In this document: piece by piece, positions 31,021 to 41,884 of the stretch
Position numbering within the stretch: the stretch's first letter is position 1
Layout of the letters: every line of letters begins with the position of its first letter
Origin: an uncultured Gemmatimonadales bacterium
Lineage (GTDB): Bacteria; Gemmatimonadota; Gemmatimonadetes; Gemmatimonadales; Gemmatimonadaceae
Assembly (NCBI GenBank): GCA_963701965.1
Contig: OY969695.1
Coordinates: 4,512,001 to 4,576,000, forward strand
Direction of reading: 5' to 3'
Length of the DNA stretch: 64,000 nucleotides
Made by a program: the position numbers and the translations under genes
The notes under the pieces: model-generated
The model's input: the letters and a program-made list of their open reading frames with translations, nothing else
The model's database searches: none
Told to the model about the DNA's origin: nothing

Positions 31021-31617
31021 GTGCGGCTCGGCATCTTCGGGGGGACGTTCGATCCCCCCCATATCGGCCACCTGCTCGTCGGCACCGACGCGGTCGAAGC
31101 GTTGGGCCTCGATCGGCTCCTGTGGATACCGGCCGCCCGGCAACCCCTCAAGGCCCACGCCCATCTCGCCCCGGCGGCCGCCCGTCTGGAGATGACGCGA
31201 CGACTGGTCGGGGACGACCCGCGATTCGCGGTGGACGCCATCGAAATCGACCGGGATGGGTTATCTTTCACGGTCGATACACTCGCCGCGCTTGCCGAAC
31301 GTGAGCCGGACGCGGAGCGGTTTCTTCTGCTCGGTGCGGACGCGTGGGCGCTGTTCCGGCAATGGCGGGAGCCCGCGGCGATCCTGCGGCTGGCCACCGT
31401 CGTGGTCCTGACGCGGGGCGAGGCGGTCGCCGACACGCTGGTGGAACCGGCGCCGCGGGTGCTGCCGAGTCGCCGTATCGACGTATCTTCGACCGAGATC
31501 AGGGCGCGCGTGCGCGCGGGACGTTCGATCCGCGGGTTCGTGCCGGAAGCGGTACGCGACTACATCGAGCGCAGCGGGCTGTACCGAGAGAACGGGTATG
31601 CTGAAACGACTGATTAG
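31021..31617 (+). CDS. nadD: Nicotinate-nucleotide adenylyltransferase
   Basis: GGTFDPPHIGH, SFTVDTL, VSSTEIR. Confidence 0.95.
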   Translation: MRLGIFGGTFDPPHIGHLLVGTDAVEALGLDRLLWIPAARQPLKAHAHLAPAAARLEMTRRLVGDDPRFAVDAIEIDRDGLSFTVDTLAALAEREPDAERFLLLGADAWALFRQWREPAAILRLATVVVLTRGEAVADTLVEPAPRVLPSRRIDVSSTEIRARVRAGRSIRGFVPEAVRDYIERSGLYRENGYAETTD

Positions 31618-34600
31618 CGGGGTCTTCGGAACCCGTCACGAGCGCGAGCGGAAGCGCATCCAACCGCTCGTGGACGATATCAACGCGCACTACGAGCGCC
31701 TGCACGGCATCTCGGAGGACGAGCTGCGCGCGCAAACCGCGCGCTTTCGAGAGATCTTGGCCGAGCGGACCAGTGACCTCGAGGGAAAGGTCGCCGAGCT
31801 CAAGGCGGCCAAGCGCGTCGCCCCGGATCCCGCGGAGCGCGAGCGCATCGACACGGAGCTGGTCGGCGGCGATGGGCGCGGAGGCGCCGAGGGCGCGCTT
31901 CGCGAAGCCGTCGGGGAGACGCTGTACGAGCTCCTGCCCGAGGCCTTCGCCACGGTACGGGAAGCGTGTCGGCGCCTCGTCGGCACGTCGGTACCGGTCA
32001 CGGGCCATGAGACCGAGTGGAACATGGTCCCGTACGACGTCCAGCTCATGGGCGGCATCGAGCTGCACCTGGGCCGGATCGCCGAGATGGCGACGGGCGA
32101 GGGCAAGACCCTGGTGGCGACGCTGCCGCTCTATCTGAACGCGTTGGCCGGTCGGGGCGCCCACCTGGTGACGGTGAACACCTATCTCGCCCGCCGTGAC
32201 TCCCAGTGGATGGGGCACGTGTACCGCTACCTCGGGCTGACCGTGGGTTGTCTCGACGACACGGAGCCCGGTACGCCCGAGCGCCGCGCCGCCTACGCCT
32301 GCGACATCACGTACGGCACGAACAACGAGTTCGGGTTCGACTATCTGCGCGACAACATGGTGATCTCGCTCGATCAGCGCGTGCAGCGGACGCACGCCTA
32401 CGCGATCGTCGACGAAGTCGACTCCGTGTTGATCGACGAAGCGCGGACGCCCCTCATCATCTCGGGGCCGGTCGGGAACGAGAGCGATGCCCAGTACGCC
32501 GAGTTCAACGCGGCGGTCGCGCGCTTGGTCCGGCGCCAGACCGATCTGGTCAACAAGCTCGTGGGCGATGGCGAGGGCAAGCTGGAGGCCGACGAGACGG
32601 GCGACGCCGGCCTGCTCCTCTACAAGGCGCAGCTCGGGAGTCCCAAGAACAAGCGGCTGCTCAAGGTGATGCAGGAGACGGGCGCCAAGACGCTCGTCCA
32701 GAAGATGGAGCTGGACCACATCGCCGATCGGAAGCTGCCGGCCGCCAAGCAGATGTACCGCGATCTCGAGGATGACCTGCTCTTCGTGCTGGACGAGCGG
32801 GGGCACACGGTCCATCTCACCGATCGCGGTGTGGACTTCATGTCGCCGAACGATCACGACGCGTTCGTGATGCCGGACATCTCGGGCGAAGTGCATCGCA
32901 TCGACAAGGACGAGTCGATGAGCCCCCAAGAGAAGCTGGAGGCCAAGCGGCGGATCGAGGGCGAGTACGCGGCCAAGAGTGAAAAACTGAACATCGTGCA
33001 CCAGCTGCTGCGGGCGCACGTGCTCTACGAGCGCGATGTGAACTACGTCGTGCAGGAAGGCCAGGTGTTGATCGTCGACGAGTTCACGGGTCGCACGATG
33101 CCGGGGCGGCGGTGGTCCGAGGGCCTGCACCAAGCCGTCGAGGCGAAAGAGGGCGTGCAGGTCAAGGGCGAGACCCAGACGATGGCCACGATCACCATCC
33201 AGAACTATTTCCGGATGTATGACAAGCTGGCCGGCATGACGGGCACCGCCGAGACCGAAGAGACGGAGTTCTTCGAGATCTACAAACTCGAGGTCTCCGT
33301 CATCCCCACCAACAAGAACGTAATCCGCGAGGACCGCCACGACCTGGTCTACAAGACGCGCCGGGAGAAGTACAACGCCATCGTCGACGAAGCGCGGCGG
33401 CTCCACGACTTGGGCTATCCGGTGCTCGTCGGCACGGTCAACGTCGACGTCTCCGAGACGTTGTCGCGCATGTTCAAGCGGGGGGGCATCGATGTCCAGG
33501 TGCTCAACGCCAAGTATCACCAGCGCGAGGCGGAGATCGTGGCCATGGCGGGCCAGTTCGGCGGCGTCACCATCGCGACGAACATGGCCGGCCGCGGCAC
33601 CGACATCAAACTCGGTGCGGGCGTCATCGAGTCCAAGCCGTCGAAAGTGAAGGACGATAACGGGAAGGATGTCGACGTCATCGAATGCGGCGGGCTCCAC
33701 ATCATCGGGTCCGAGCGCCACGAGTCGCGGCGGATTGACCGGCAGCTGCGCGGTCGCGCTGGCCGCCAAGGCGATCCCGGCGCGTCGCAGTTCTTCCTGT
33801 CGCTGGAAGACGATCTGATGCGACTGTTCGGGTCGGAGCGGATCGCCAAGCTCATGGACAGCATGGGCGCGCAGGAAGGCGAGATGCTGACCCACCCGCT
33901 CATCACCCGGTCGATCGAGCAGGCGCAGAAGCGGGTCGAGCTCCAACACTTCCAGTCGCGCAAGCGCTTGCTGGAGTTCGACGATGTGATGAACCAGCAG
34001 CGGGAAGTCATCTACTCGCTGCGGTCGTTCGCGCTCGAGGGCGGGGAAGAGCTCAAGGGCGAAGCCCAACGGATGGTGGAACGGGCCGTCGCACGCCGCA
34101 TCGAGGTGTCGTTGGCGGACTACGACTCCGAGCCGGAGCTGGACCTGTCGCTGATCCGGCAGGAACTGCTCATGCACTATCTCATGATCGTGCCCGGGCT
34201 GGAAGGCGAGATCCGGCCGGCGGCGTTGATCGATATCGTGCACGAGGCCACGGACGCGGGGCGGGCCGCCTTCCAGGCGAAGATCGCGAGCCTCGCCGAG
34301 TTCGCGGATCAAATCCTGTCGCTCGTGATGCTCCAGGTGTTGGACGAGAAGTGGAAGGACCACCTCTACGATCTCGATCAGCTGCGGAACGGCATCAACT
34401 ACCGGGCCTGGGGCCAGAAGGACCCGCTGATCGAGTACAAGGAGGAAGCGTACAAGATGTTCGTCGATCTCATGACGGACATCTACAACACGTTCACCGA
34501 GCGGTTCTTGCGAGCCCAGATCATGTTCGAGCCGCCGCAGCCGCCACCCCAAGCGGCGCGGTCCACGGCGCCCCAGCGTCCGACCAAGCGATACGACGCG

Positions 34601-34795
34601 ATGGGCGTGTTGGAGGACGTGCCGGCGGAAGCGGTGGACTCCGGCCCCGCGGAATCGCCGCCGTCCGGGAAGGTCAAGACCAGCCCGGATCCCGTCGTGT
34701 CATCGCGGTCCGAGTGGTCGAATATCGGCCGGAACGATCCCTGCCCGTGCGGCTCGGGCAAGAAATTCAAGAAATGCCACGGGGTCGCCGCGTAG
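31598..34795 (+). CDS. secA: Preprotein translocase SecA
   Basis: MATGEGKT, DEVDSVLIDEAR, QLRGRAGRQGD, SEC-C motif GRNDPCPCGSGKKFKKCH. Confidence 0.98.
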   Translation: MLKRLISGVFGTRHERERKRIQPLVDDINAHYERLHGISEDELRAQTARFREILAERTSDLEGKVAELKAAKRVAPDPAERERIDTELVGGDGRGGAEGALREAVGETLYELLPEAFATVREACRRLVGTSVPVTGHETEWNMVPYDVQLMGGIELHLGRIAEMATGEGKTLVATLPLYLNALAGRGAHLVTVNTYLARRDSQWMGHVYRYLGLTVGCLDDTEPGTPERRAAYACDITYGTNNEFGFDYLRDNMVISLDQRVQRTHAYAIVDEVDSVLIDEARTPLIISGPVGNESDAQYAEFNAAVARLVRRQTDLVNKLVGDGEGKLEADETGDAGLLLYKAQLGSPKNKRLLKVMQETGAKTLVQKMELDHIADRKLPAAKQMYRDLEDDLLFVLDERGHTVHLTDRGVDFMSPNDHDAFVMPDISGEVHRIDKDESMSPQEKLEAKRRIEGEYAAKSEKLNIVHQLLRAHVLYERDVNYVVQEGQVLIVDEFTGRTMPGRRWSEGLHQAVEAKEGVQVKGETQTMATITIQNYFRMYDKLAGMTGTAETEETEFFEIYKLEVSVIPTNKNVIREDRHDLVYKTRREKYNAIVDEARRLHDLGYPVLVGTVNVDVSETLSRMFKRGGIDVQVLNAKYHQREAEIVAMAGQFGGVTIATNMAGRGTDIKLGAGVIESKPSKVKDDNGKDVDVIECGGLHIIGSERHESRRIDRQLRGRAGRQGDPGASQFFLSLEDDLMRLFGSERIAKLMDSMGAQEGEMLTHPLITRSIEQAQKRVELQHFQSRKRLLEFDDVMNQQREVIYSLRSFALEGGEELKGEAQRMVERAVARRIEVSLADYDSEPELDLSLIRQELLMHYLMIVPGLEGEIRPAALIDIVHEATDAGRAAFQAKIASLAEFADQILSLVMLQVLDEKWKDHLYDLDQLRNGINYRAWGQKDPLIEYKEEAYKMFVDLMTDIYNTFTERFLRAQIMFEPPQPPPQAARSTAPQRPTKRYDAMGVLEDVPAEAVDSGPAESPPSGKVKTSPDPVVSSRSEWSNIGRNDPCPCGSGKKFKKCHGVAA

Positions 34796-34834
34796 CGATG
34801 ATGCCTGTCGGATCGCCCGGCGGCAGATTACGGC

Positions 34835-35539
34835 ATGCCTGGCGAGTCTCATATTCCGACGTTAGCTATTAAGCGGTTACCCAAGAGTGACAGGCCGCGC
34901 GAGCGGCTCTACCAGTTTGGTGCTGAACGGCTGGCGACAGCCGAACTTCTGGCGATCGTTGTCGGAAGTGGAAGCACCGGTCGCTCAGCTCTCGATACTG
35001 GAGCCGCCATTTTGGCAGCGGCGGGCGGGTCGCTTCGGCGGCTGCGCTCGCGGCCGATCGCCGAACTGACGCAAATTTGCGGCGTCGGGTCTGCACGAGC
35101 AGTAACCATACATGCGGCACTCGAGCTTGGCCGTCGATGGTCGCAAGAAGCGCCGGAAGTGCGGCTGCCCATGCGTTCGCCGTACGACATCGTCGATCGG
35201 TTTGCCCCGGTGATGCAAGACCTGCCTGTGGAGGAATTTCACGTGATCGTCCTGGATACGCAGCACTGCCTGCAGCAGGACATCACGCTTACCCGGGGGG
35301 TACTCAACTCGGCGCCCGTGCACGCGCGCGAGGTGTTCAAGGCGGCGATCATCGAAGGCGGGGCCGCCATTGTCCTGCTGCACAATCATCCCAGCGGCGA
35401 TCCCACACCGTCGCCCGATGATCGGACCCTCACGGAGCAGCTCGTCGCCGCCGGCCGACTGGTGGACATCCCGGTCTACGACCACATCATTATCGGACGA
35501 GGCCGATACACGAGCTTCCTGGAGCAACGGTGGCTGTAA
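34835..35539 (+). CDS. radC: RadC family JAB-domain protein
   Basis: DRPRERL, ELLAI, HAREVF, HNHPSGDPTPS.DD, DHIIIG. Confidence 0.93.
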   Translation: MPGESHIPTLAIKRLPKSDRPRERLYQFGAERLATAELLAIVVGSGSTGRSALDTGAAILAAAGGSLRRLRSRPIAELTQICGVGSARAVTIHAALELGRRWSQEAPEVRLPMRSPYDIVDRFAPVMQDLPVEEFHVIVLDTQHCLQQDITLTRGVLNSAPVHAREVFKAAIIEGGAAIVLLHNHPSGDPTPSPDDRTLTEQLVAAGRLVDIPVYDHIIIGRGRYTSFLEQRWL

Positions 35540-37707
35540 CCGAGGGCGCCGTCCCTCTCGCCGCGGTCATTCCAAACTGGACGACCACGAGCGAGGAGCG
35601 GCTTGACCGCGAATTGCTCGTGCGCGCCTACCACTACAGCCATCGCGCGCACCTCGGCCAGAAACGCTTCTCGGGCGATGACTACGTCTCGCACTGCGTC
35701 GAGGTGGCCAAGATCCTGGCCGACCTGCAGCTGGACTCGGTCACGGTCGCCAGCGGACTGATCCACGATGTCGTCGAGGATACCGCGGCCTCGATCGCGG
35801 ATGTCGAGCGCGAGTTCGGGAAAGAGATCGCCGACATCGTCAATGGCCTCACGAAAATCGGCACGCTGCCCCAGCACTCGTCCCAGGAACGGCAGGTCGA
35901 GAATTACCGGAAGCTGCTGCTCTCCATCGCCAAGGACGCGCGGGTCATCATCATCAAGCTCGCCGACCGTCTGCACAACATGCGGACGCTCGAGTACCTG
36001 CGGCCCGAGAAGCAGCGCCGGATCGCCCAGGAGACCCGCGATCTCTACGCGCCCCTGGCCCACCGCTTTGGTATGGCCAAGATGCGGTGGGAGCTCGAGG
36101 ATCTCGCGTTCAAGCACCTCGAGCCCGACGAGTACAAGGGACTGGCCAAACTCGTCGCCACCAAACGGGGCGAGCGCGAGGCCCTGATCGCGCAGATGCG
36201 CGAACCGCTGGAGCGCGTGGTGCGCGATGCGGGCCTGCTCAACGCCGAGGTCACCGGCCGGCCCAAGCACCTGTGGTCCATCCACAAGAAGATGCAAAAG
36301 CGCCAGAAGCCGTACGACGAGATCTACGACTTGCTGGCCATCCGCGTGCTCGTCAACTCGGTCCCCGACTGCTATCACGCGCTCGGCGTGATCCACGACG
36401 GGTGGACGCCGCTGCAGGAGCGCATCAAGGACTACATCGCGCAGCCCAAGTCGAACGGGTATCAGTCGCTGCACACCACGGTCTTCGGCCCGGGCAAGCA
36501 GTTGTTCGAGATTCAGATCCGGACGCGCGACATGCACCGGACGGCCGAGTTCGGGATCGCGGCACACTGGCTGTACAAGAACAGCGCGGCGGCCGGCGAC
36601 ATCGAGCGCCACCTGTCCTGGTTCCGCCAGATCCTCGAGCTCCAACTTGACGCCAAGACGCCGGACGAGTTTTTGGAGTTCCTCAAGCTCGACCTGTACC
36701 AGGACGAGATCTTCGTCTTCACGCCCACCGGCGACGTGATTCAGCTCCCGAAAGGGGCGACGCCGCTGGACTTCGCGTTCGCGGTGCACACGGAAGTGGG
36801 ACTGCATTGCCAGGGCGCGAAGATCAACGGCAAGATCGCGCCGCTGTCCCGCACGCTCAAGAATTCCGAGACGATCGAGATTCTCACGGGGCCGGGCGCG
36901 CGGCCGAGCCGGGACTGGCTCGCCCACGTCCGCACGGGACGGGCGCGCCACAAGATCCGGCAGTGGCTGCGGCACGAGGAAGAGGAAACGTCCCAGAAGG
37001 TCGGGCGCGAGATTCTGGAGCGCGAGATCAAGCGCCGGCGCCTCGCCAAGCCGTCCGACGAAGAGCTGGAGCGCATCGCGCGCGAGCTGGCCCTGACCGA
37101 TACCGAGCATCTGATGGCGTCGATCGGCCAGGGCGACGTGCACGCGCTGCAGGCCCTCAAGGTGCTGCACCCCGATCTCGACCAAACCGACGGCGGCACC
37201 GCCAAGCCCAGCGCTTTGGAGCGACTCGTCGACCGGGTGCGCCGTGGCAGCAAAGGCGTGCGCATCCAGGGCGTCGATGGGCTCATGGTCCGCTACGCGC
37301 AGTGTTGCCAACCGGTGCCCGGCGACCCGGTGGTGGGCTACGTCACGCGCGGCCGCGGGGTGAGCATCCATCGGGGCGATTGCCCGAACCTCCTGGTGCT
37401 GGCGCACGAGCCGGAGCGCCGGTTGGATATCGACTGGCAGGAGGTCGAAGGCGAGCGCTTCACGGTGCGCCTCACGCTCGAGGCCAATGACCGCCGCGGC
37501 CTCTATGCCGACCTGGCGGCCGCCGTCAGCGCCACGGGCACCGACATTCGGAGCATGGAGCTCCAGACGCACGATGGACGCGTCACGGGATCGGCCCTCG
37601 TCGAGGTCGAAAATCTCGCCCACCTCGAGCGCATCATGAAGGCGGCCCGCCGCGTCAAGGGCGTTTCCGAGGTCGCCCGGCGAGACCGGATCACGACGGA
37701 CGAGTGA
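35530..37707 (+). CDS. rel: Bifunctional (p)ppGpp synthetase/hydrolase (RelA/SpoT)
   Basis: HDVVED, KLADRLHNMRT, NGYQSLHT, EIQIRT, TGS and ACT domains. Confidence 0.95.
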   Translation: MAVTEGAVPLAAVIPNWTTTSEERLDRELLVRAYHYSHRAHLGQKRFSGDDYVSHCVEVAKILADLQLDSVTVASGLIHDVVEDTAASIADVEREFGKEIADIVNGLTKIGTLPQHSSQERQVENYRKLLLSIAKDARVIIIKLADRLHNMRTLEYLRPEKQRRIAQETRDLYAPLAHRFGMAKMRWELEDLAFKHLEPDEYKGLAKLVATKRGEREALIAQMREPLERVVRDAGLLNAEVTGRPKHLWSIHKKMQKRQKPYDEIYDLLAIRVLVNSVPDCYHALGVIHDGWTPLQERIKDYIAQPKSNGYQSLHTTVFGPGKQLFEIQIRTRDMHRTAEFGIAAHWLYKNSAAAGDIERHLSWFRQILELQLDAKTPDEFLEFLKLDLYQDEIFVFTPTGDVIQLPKGATPLDFAFAVHTEVGLHCQGAKINGKIAPLSRTLKNSETIEILTGPGARPSRDWLAHVRTGRARHKIRQWLRHEEEETSQKVGREILEREIKRRRLAKPSDEELERIARELALTDTEHLMASIGQGDVHALQALKVLHPDLDQTDGGTAKPSALERLVDRVRRGSKGVRIQGVDGLMVRYAQCCQPVPGDPVVGYVTRGRGVSIHRGDCPNLLVLAHEPERRLDIDWQEVEGERFTVRLTLEANDRRGLYADLAAAVSATGTDIRSMELQTHDGRVTGSALVEVENLAHLERIMKAARRVKGVSEVARRDRITTDE

Positions 37708-37723
37708 CGTCTATATTTAGAGT

Positions 37724-39751
37724 GTGGCCGGTCCCTCCTTTGACCTCCAGGCGCCGTTTCAGCCGGCCGGCGATCAGCCCCGCGCGATCGCCGAGCTGAC
37801 GGCAGGTCTGAGCCGGGGCGACCGGTTCCAGACGCTGCTGGGCGTGACCGGATCGGGTAAGACGATGACGGTCGCCAACGTCATCCAACACTTCGGCCGT
37901 CCCACGCTGGTCCTGTCACACAACAAGACCCTGGCGGCCCAGCTCTACGGAGAGCTCAAGAGCTTCTTCCCGCGGAATGCGGTCGAGTACTTCATCTCGT
38001 ATTACGACTACTACCAGCCGGAAGCGTACGTCCCGACGACGGACACGTACATCGAGAAGGACGCGTCGATCAACGAAGACATCGACCGGTTGCGTCTCCG
38101 CGCCACGTCGAGCCTGATGGAGCGCGAGGATGTCGTCATCGTCTCCACGGTGTCGGCGATCTACGGCCTCGGCGACCCGCTCACGTATCGTGATACGATG
38201 GTCACGATCGAGCGCGGCCAGAAGATCGCCCGCGATGACATCCTGCGGTCCCTGGTGCGGATCCAGTATGCCCGGAACGACGTGGCCTTCGAGCGCGGCA
38301 CATTCCGCGTGCGCGGGGACACGGTCGAGATCTTTCCGGCGTACGAGGAGCAGGGGGTCCGCGTCGAGATGTGGGGCGACGAAGTCGAACGCATCTCGAA
38401 GATCAATGTGGTCACCGGCAAGACCATCACGTCGCTGGATCGCGCGGCGGTCTATCCGGCGAAGCATTTCATTACGTCGCGTCCGTCGCTCGAGCGCGCG
38501 GTGGGTCTGATCCGCACCGAGCTCACCGAGCGGCTCGATCTGCTGCGCCAGAACGGCAAGCTGCTCGAGGCCCAGCGACTCGAGTCCCGCACGAACTTCG
38601 ACATCGAGATGATGTTGGAGATCGGTACCTGCGCGGGCATCGAGAACTACTCGCGGCACCTCTCGGGTCGCTCGGCGGGCGAACGGCCGGCGTGTCTCTT
38701 CGACTACTTCCCGGAAGACTTCCTCCTCGTCGTCGACGAGTCGCACGTGACGCTGCCGCAGGTGCGGGGCATGTACAACGGGGATCGCGCCCGCAAACTG
38801 ACACTGGTCGACTACGGCTTTCGCCTGCCCAGTGCGCTCGACAATCGTCCGCTCATCTTCGATGAGTTTTTGGCGCTGACGCCGCGGGCGATCATGGTGT
38901 CGGCCACGCCCAGCGAGCTGGAGTTGGAGTTGTCCCAAGGGGTCATCGTCGAGCAGATCATCCGCCCGACGGGCCTGGTGGATCCGGAGATCGACGTGCG
39001 CCCGGTCCGGGGTCAGGTGGACGATCTCCTGCACGAGATTCGGCAGCGCGAGACGCGCGGCGAGCGGGTGTTGGTCACCACGCTGACCAAGCGCATGGCC
39101 GAGGATCTCACCGATTATCTCCAGCAGATGGGCGTGCGGGTGCGGTACATGCACTCCGACATCGACGCGATCGAGCGCATGGAGATCGTGCGGGGGTTGC
39201 GGTTGGGCGACTTCAATGTGCTGGTCGGTATCAACCTGCTCCGCGAGGGGTTGGATCTGCCCGAGGTCTCTCTGGTCGCCATCCTCGATGCGGACCAGGA
39301 GGGGTTCTTGCGCAGCGATCGCTCCTTGATCCAGACCATCGGCCGCGCGGCCCGCCACGTGTCGGGCCGCGCCATCCTGTATGCGGACCGGATGACGGGC
39401 TCGATGCAGCGCGCGATGGACGAGACAACGCGCCGGCGGACGCTGCAGCGGGCATTCAACACGGAGCACGGCATCGTGCCGCGGTCGGTGATCAAGAGCG
39501 TGGATCAGGTCCGCCTGATCACGCGCGTCGCCGACGCGCGCATCGAGCGTCCGCCGCGCGAGGTCGCCGCGCCCCGCGCGCCCACCGGCGACGTCGTGGC
39601 GCTCATCGCCAAGCTGGAAAAAGACATGAGGGAAGCGGCGGCGGCGCTCGATTTCGAGACGGCGGCCCGGCTGCGCGACGAGCTTTTCGAGGTGCGGGCG
39701 GCGGGCAGCAAGGCGCAGGCGACGGCCGCGTCGGCGTTGGGAGGCCGGTGA
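37724..39751 (+). CDS. uvrB: Excinuclease ABC subunit B
   Basis: [23 protein letters not shown]-terminal UVR domain. Confidence 0.98.
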   Translation: MAGPSFDLQAPFQPAGDQPRAIAELTAGLSRGDRFQTLLGVTGSGKTMTVANVIQHFGRPTLVLSHNKTLAAQLYGELKSFFPRNAVEYFISYYDYYQPEAYVPTTDTYIEKDASINEDIDRLRLRATSSLMEREDVVIVSTVSAIYGLGDPLTYRDTMVTIERGQKIARDDILRSLVRIQYARNDVAFERGTFRVRGDTVEIFPAYEEQGVRVEMWGDEVERISKINVVTGKTITSLDRAAVYPAKHFITSRPSLERAVGLIRTELTERLDLLRQNGKLLEAQRLESRTNFDIEMMLEIGTCAGIENYSRHLSGRSAGERPACLFDYFPEDFLLVVDESHVTLPQVRGMYNGDRARKLTLVDYGFRLPSALDNRPLIFDEFLALTPRAIMVSATPSELELELSQGVIVEQIIRPTGLVDPEIDVRPVRGQVDDLLHEIRQRETRGERVLVTTLTKRMAEDLTDYLQQMGVRVRYMHSDIDAIERMEIVRGLRLGDFNVLVGINLLREGLDLPEVSLVAILDADQEGFLRSDRSLIQTIGRAARHVSGRAILYADRMTGSMQRAMDETTRRRTLQRAFNTEHGIVPRSVIKSVDQVRLITRVADARIERPPREVAAPRAPTGDVVALIAKLEKDMREAAAALDFETAARLRDELFEVRAAGSKAQATAASALGGR

Positions 39752-40206
39752 TGGCGGCCGGCCCGCACGTCGTGCCGCCGCGCGCCGCGCGGGGGCGCCT
39801 GGCCGTCACGCAAGCGGAGTTGATCGCCTGGGGCGAGCGGTTCGGCCGCGCGCTGGTGCCGCCGGTCGTCGTCGCGATCTCGGGCGACCTCGGGGCCGGG
39901 AAGACGACGCTGGTGCAGGCGATCTGTCGGGGATACGGCGTGACGGAACCGGTGACGAGTCCGACGTTCGCGTTGGTGCACGAGTACCACGCGCCGCGGT
40001 CGCGAGTGTATCACATCGATCTGTATCGCGTGGAGCGCGTCGACGAGCTGACCGGCATCGGCTGGGAGGAGATCGTGAGCGCCGAGGCGGTCATCCTCGT
40101 CGAGTGGCCGGAGCGCGCGGCCGGCCGGCTGCCGACAGGTCACGTGCCGATCGATCTCGAGCACCTGCCTGGCGAGCCGGATAAGCGGGTGTTGTTGGCC
40201 GGGTGA
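39748..40206 (+). CDS. tsaE: t6A biosynthesis ATPase
   Basis: [24 protein letters not shown]. Confidence 0.95.
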   Translation: MMAAGPHVVPPRAARGRLAVTQAELIAWGERFGRALVPPVVVAISGDLGAGKTTLVQAICRGYGVTEPVTSPTFALVHEYHAPRSRVYHIDLYRVERVDELTGIGWEEIVSAEAVILVEWPERAAGRLPTGHVPIDLEHLPGEPDKRVLLAG

Positions 40207-40850
40207 CCGGCCGGTCCCTTCCTGCCGTCGCGTTGGCCATGGACGCGTCGACGCCTCGCGCCACCGTCGCGGTGATCCGCGGCACCACGGTCGTTGCCGA
40301 GACCGAGGTCGCCGAACGCTCGGAGCACGTGGAACCGCTGCTCCCGGCCGCGCTCGCGTTGCTGGCGGAAGCGGCGATCCCGCTTTCGGCGCTGGAGGCG
40401 ATCGTCTGCGGCGCGGGGCCGGGCGGCTTCACGGGCCTTCGGACCGCGGCATCCATCGCGAAGGGCATGTGTTCCGGCCTTTCGATCCCGTTGTACGCGG
40501 TGCCGTCGCTGGCGCTCATCGTGGCCGGGGCGCGGACGGTGCCGCCGCCTTCCCCGGGTGGGTATTTGGCGGTGCTCGATGCGGGGCGCGACGAGCGTTT
40601 CGTGTCACGCGTCCCGGCGGGCGACGAGATGACCGTCGACCCGCCACAACTCGTGGCGGCTGCCGCGATACCGGAGCTGGCGGCGCGATTGGGCGCCCGG
40701 GTCATTGGTCCGGCCACCGGTGCCTGGCCGCATGTGCGCGGGGTGGCGCGACTGGATTGGGGCGCGCCGGTCGACCTGGCGTCCTGGGAGCCGGACTACG
40801 GCCGCCGCTCGGCGGCCGAGGACCGCCGGCGCGCGCAGGCGGCGATATGA
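40203..40850 (+). CDS. tsaB: t6A biosynthesis protein
   Basis: LAMDAS, GPGGFTGLR, EPDY. Confidence 0.9.
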   Translation: MTGRSLPAVALAMDASTPRATVAVIRGTTVVAETEVAERSEHVEPLLPAALALLAEAAIPLSALEAIVCGAGPGGFTGLRTAASIAKGMCSGLSIPLYAVPSLALIVAGARTVPPPSPGGYLAVLDAGRDERFVSRVPAGDEMTVDPPQLVAAAAIPELAARLGARVIGPATGAWPHVRGVARLDWGAPVDLASWEPDYGRRSAAEDRRRAQAAI

Positions 40851-41326
40851 CGGTGCGTCCGGAGCGCCAGGCGATCGCCCTGCGCCGGGCGGCGGTGGGC
40901 GATCTCGACGCGGTTGTGTCGATCGAGCGGGCGGCGTTCTCGGACCCGCCGTGGTCCCGGGAGTCCTTCAACGCGCTGGTGGGCAGCCCGCGGGCGTACT
41001 TCACCGTGGCCTGCGATGGGTCGCCGACGGGCGCGGTGATGGGCTACGTCGTCGCGTGGTTTGTCGCCGACGAAGCGGAGATCGCGAACCTGGCCGTGGC
41101 GCCGGACCGTCGCCGGAGAGGCATCGGTTCCCGCCTGCTGGACGCCGCGCTCACCGAGGCCCGGTTGGCGGGCGCCAACGTGGTGCATCTCGAGGTGCGC
41201 GACTCGAACGCCGCGGCCCGCGCGCTGTATGGATCGCGGGGATTCAGCACGGTCGGCCGCCGGCGCCGCTATTATCGGGATCCGGTCGAGGACGCCCTTT
41301 TGTTGCGCTGTGATTTTGGGATATGA
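40847..41326 (+). CDS. rimI: Ribosomal-protein N-acetyltransferase
   Basis: IE..F..PW, EAEIANLAV, LEVRDSN, RRRYY..EDA. Confidence 0.9.
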   Translation: MTVRPERQAIALRRAAVGDLDAVVSIERAAFSDPPWSRESFNALVGSPRAYFTVACDGSPTGAVMGYVVAWFVADEAEIANLAVAPDRRRRGIGSRLLDAALTEARLAGANVVHLEVRDSNAAARALYGSRGFSTVGRRRRYYRDPVEDALLLRCDFGI

Positions 41327-41389
41327 CTTTCGCCAGGGCGATGACGCCGGCGTCGCCCAGGCTGATACATTTCCGGAAAAGGAGTCTCA

Positions 41390-41881
41390 ATGGGCCGCAG
41401 CCTCAATAAAGTCACGTTGATCGGCAACCTCGGCGGTGATCCCGAGGTGCGCTCCACGTCCAACGGCAGCCGGGTGGCGAATTTTTCGCTCGCCACGAGC
41501 CGTCAGTGGAATTCGCCTTCGGGGGAAAAGCAGGAAAAGACCGAGTGGCACAAGTGCATCGCCTGGAACTCGAAGAGCTACAACCTCGCCGACATCGTCG
41601 AGCGCTATTGCAAGAAGGGCAAGCAGGTGTACGTCGAGGGCGAGATCGAGTATCGCCAGTACCAGGACAAGGATGGCCAGACGCGGTACGTCACCGAGAT
41701 CCGCGTGCGTGAGCTGATCCTCCTCGGCGGCCGCGGCGGCGACGAGGGTGAGGGTCCGCCCTCCGAGCGACCCGCGCGTTCTGCCCGTCCGCCCGCCAAG
41801 AGTGGCGCCAAGTCGGGGAACGAGGACTTCGACGATTTCCCGGGAGCGTTGCAAGACGGAGACGACGATCTACCGTTCTAG
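41390..41881 (+). CDS. ssb: Single-stranded DNA-binding protein
   Basis: NKVTLIGNLG.DPE, TEWH, terminal DDDLPF; AAGGAG RBS. Confidence 0.97.
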   Translation: MGRSLNKVTLIGNLGGDPEVRSTSNGSRVANFSLATSRQWNSPSGEKQEKTEWHKCIAWNSKSYNLADIVERYCKKGKQVYVEGEIEYRQYQDKDGQTRYVTEIRVRELILLGGRGGDEGEGPPSERPARSARPPAKSGAKSGNEDFDDFPGALQDGDDDLPF

Positions 41882-41884
41882 GAC

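Noticed and set aside
31499..34552. Long minus-strand ORFs (also 19720-22182, 35476-37623, 44680-47532, 57917-60898)
   Set aside because: Antisense shadows of well-supported + strand genes, expected in GC-rich DNA
34835..35160. AT-richer codons in the radC 5' half suggesting mobile origin
   Set aside because: Full-length chromosomal-type RadC overlapping rel, with no mobility signals
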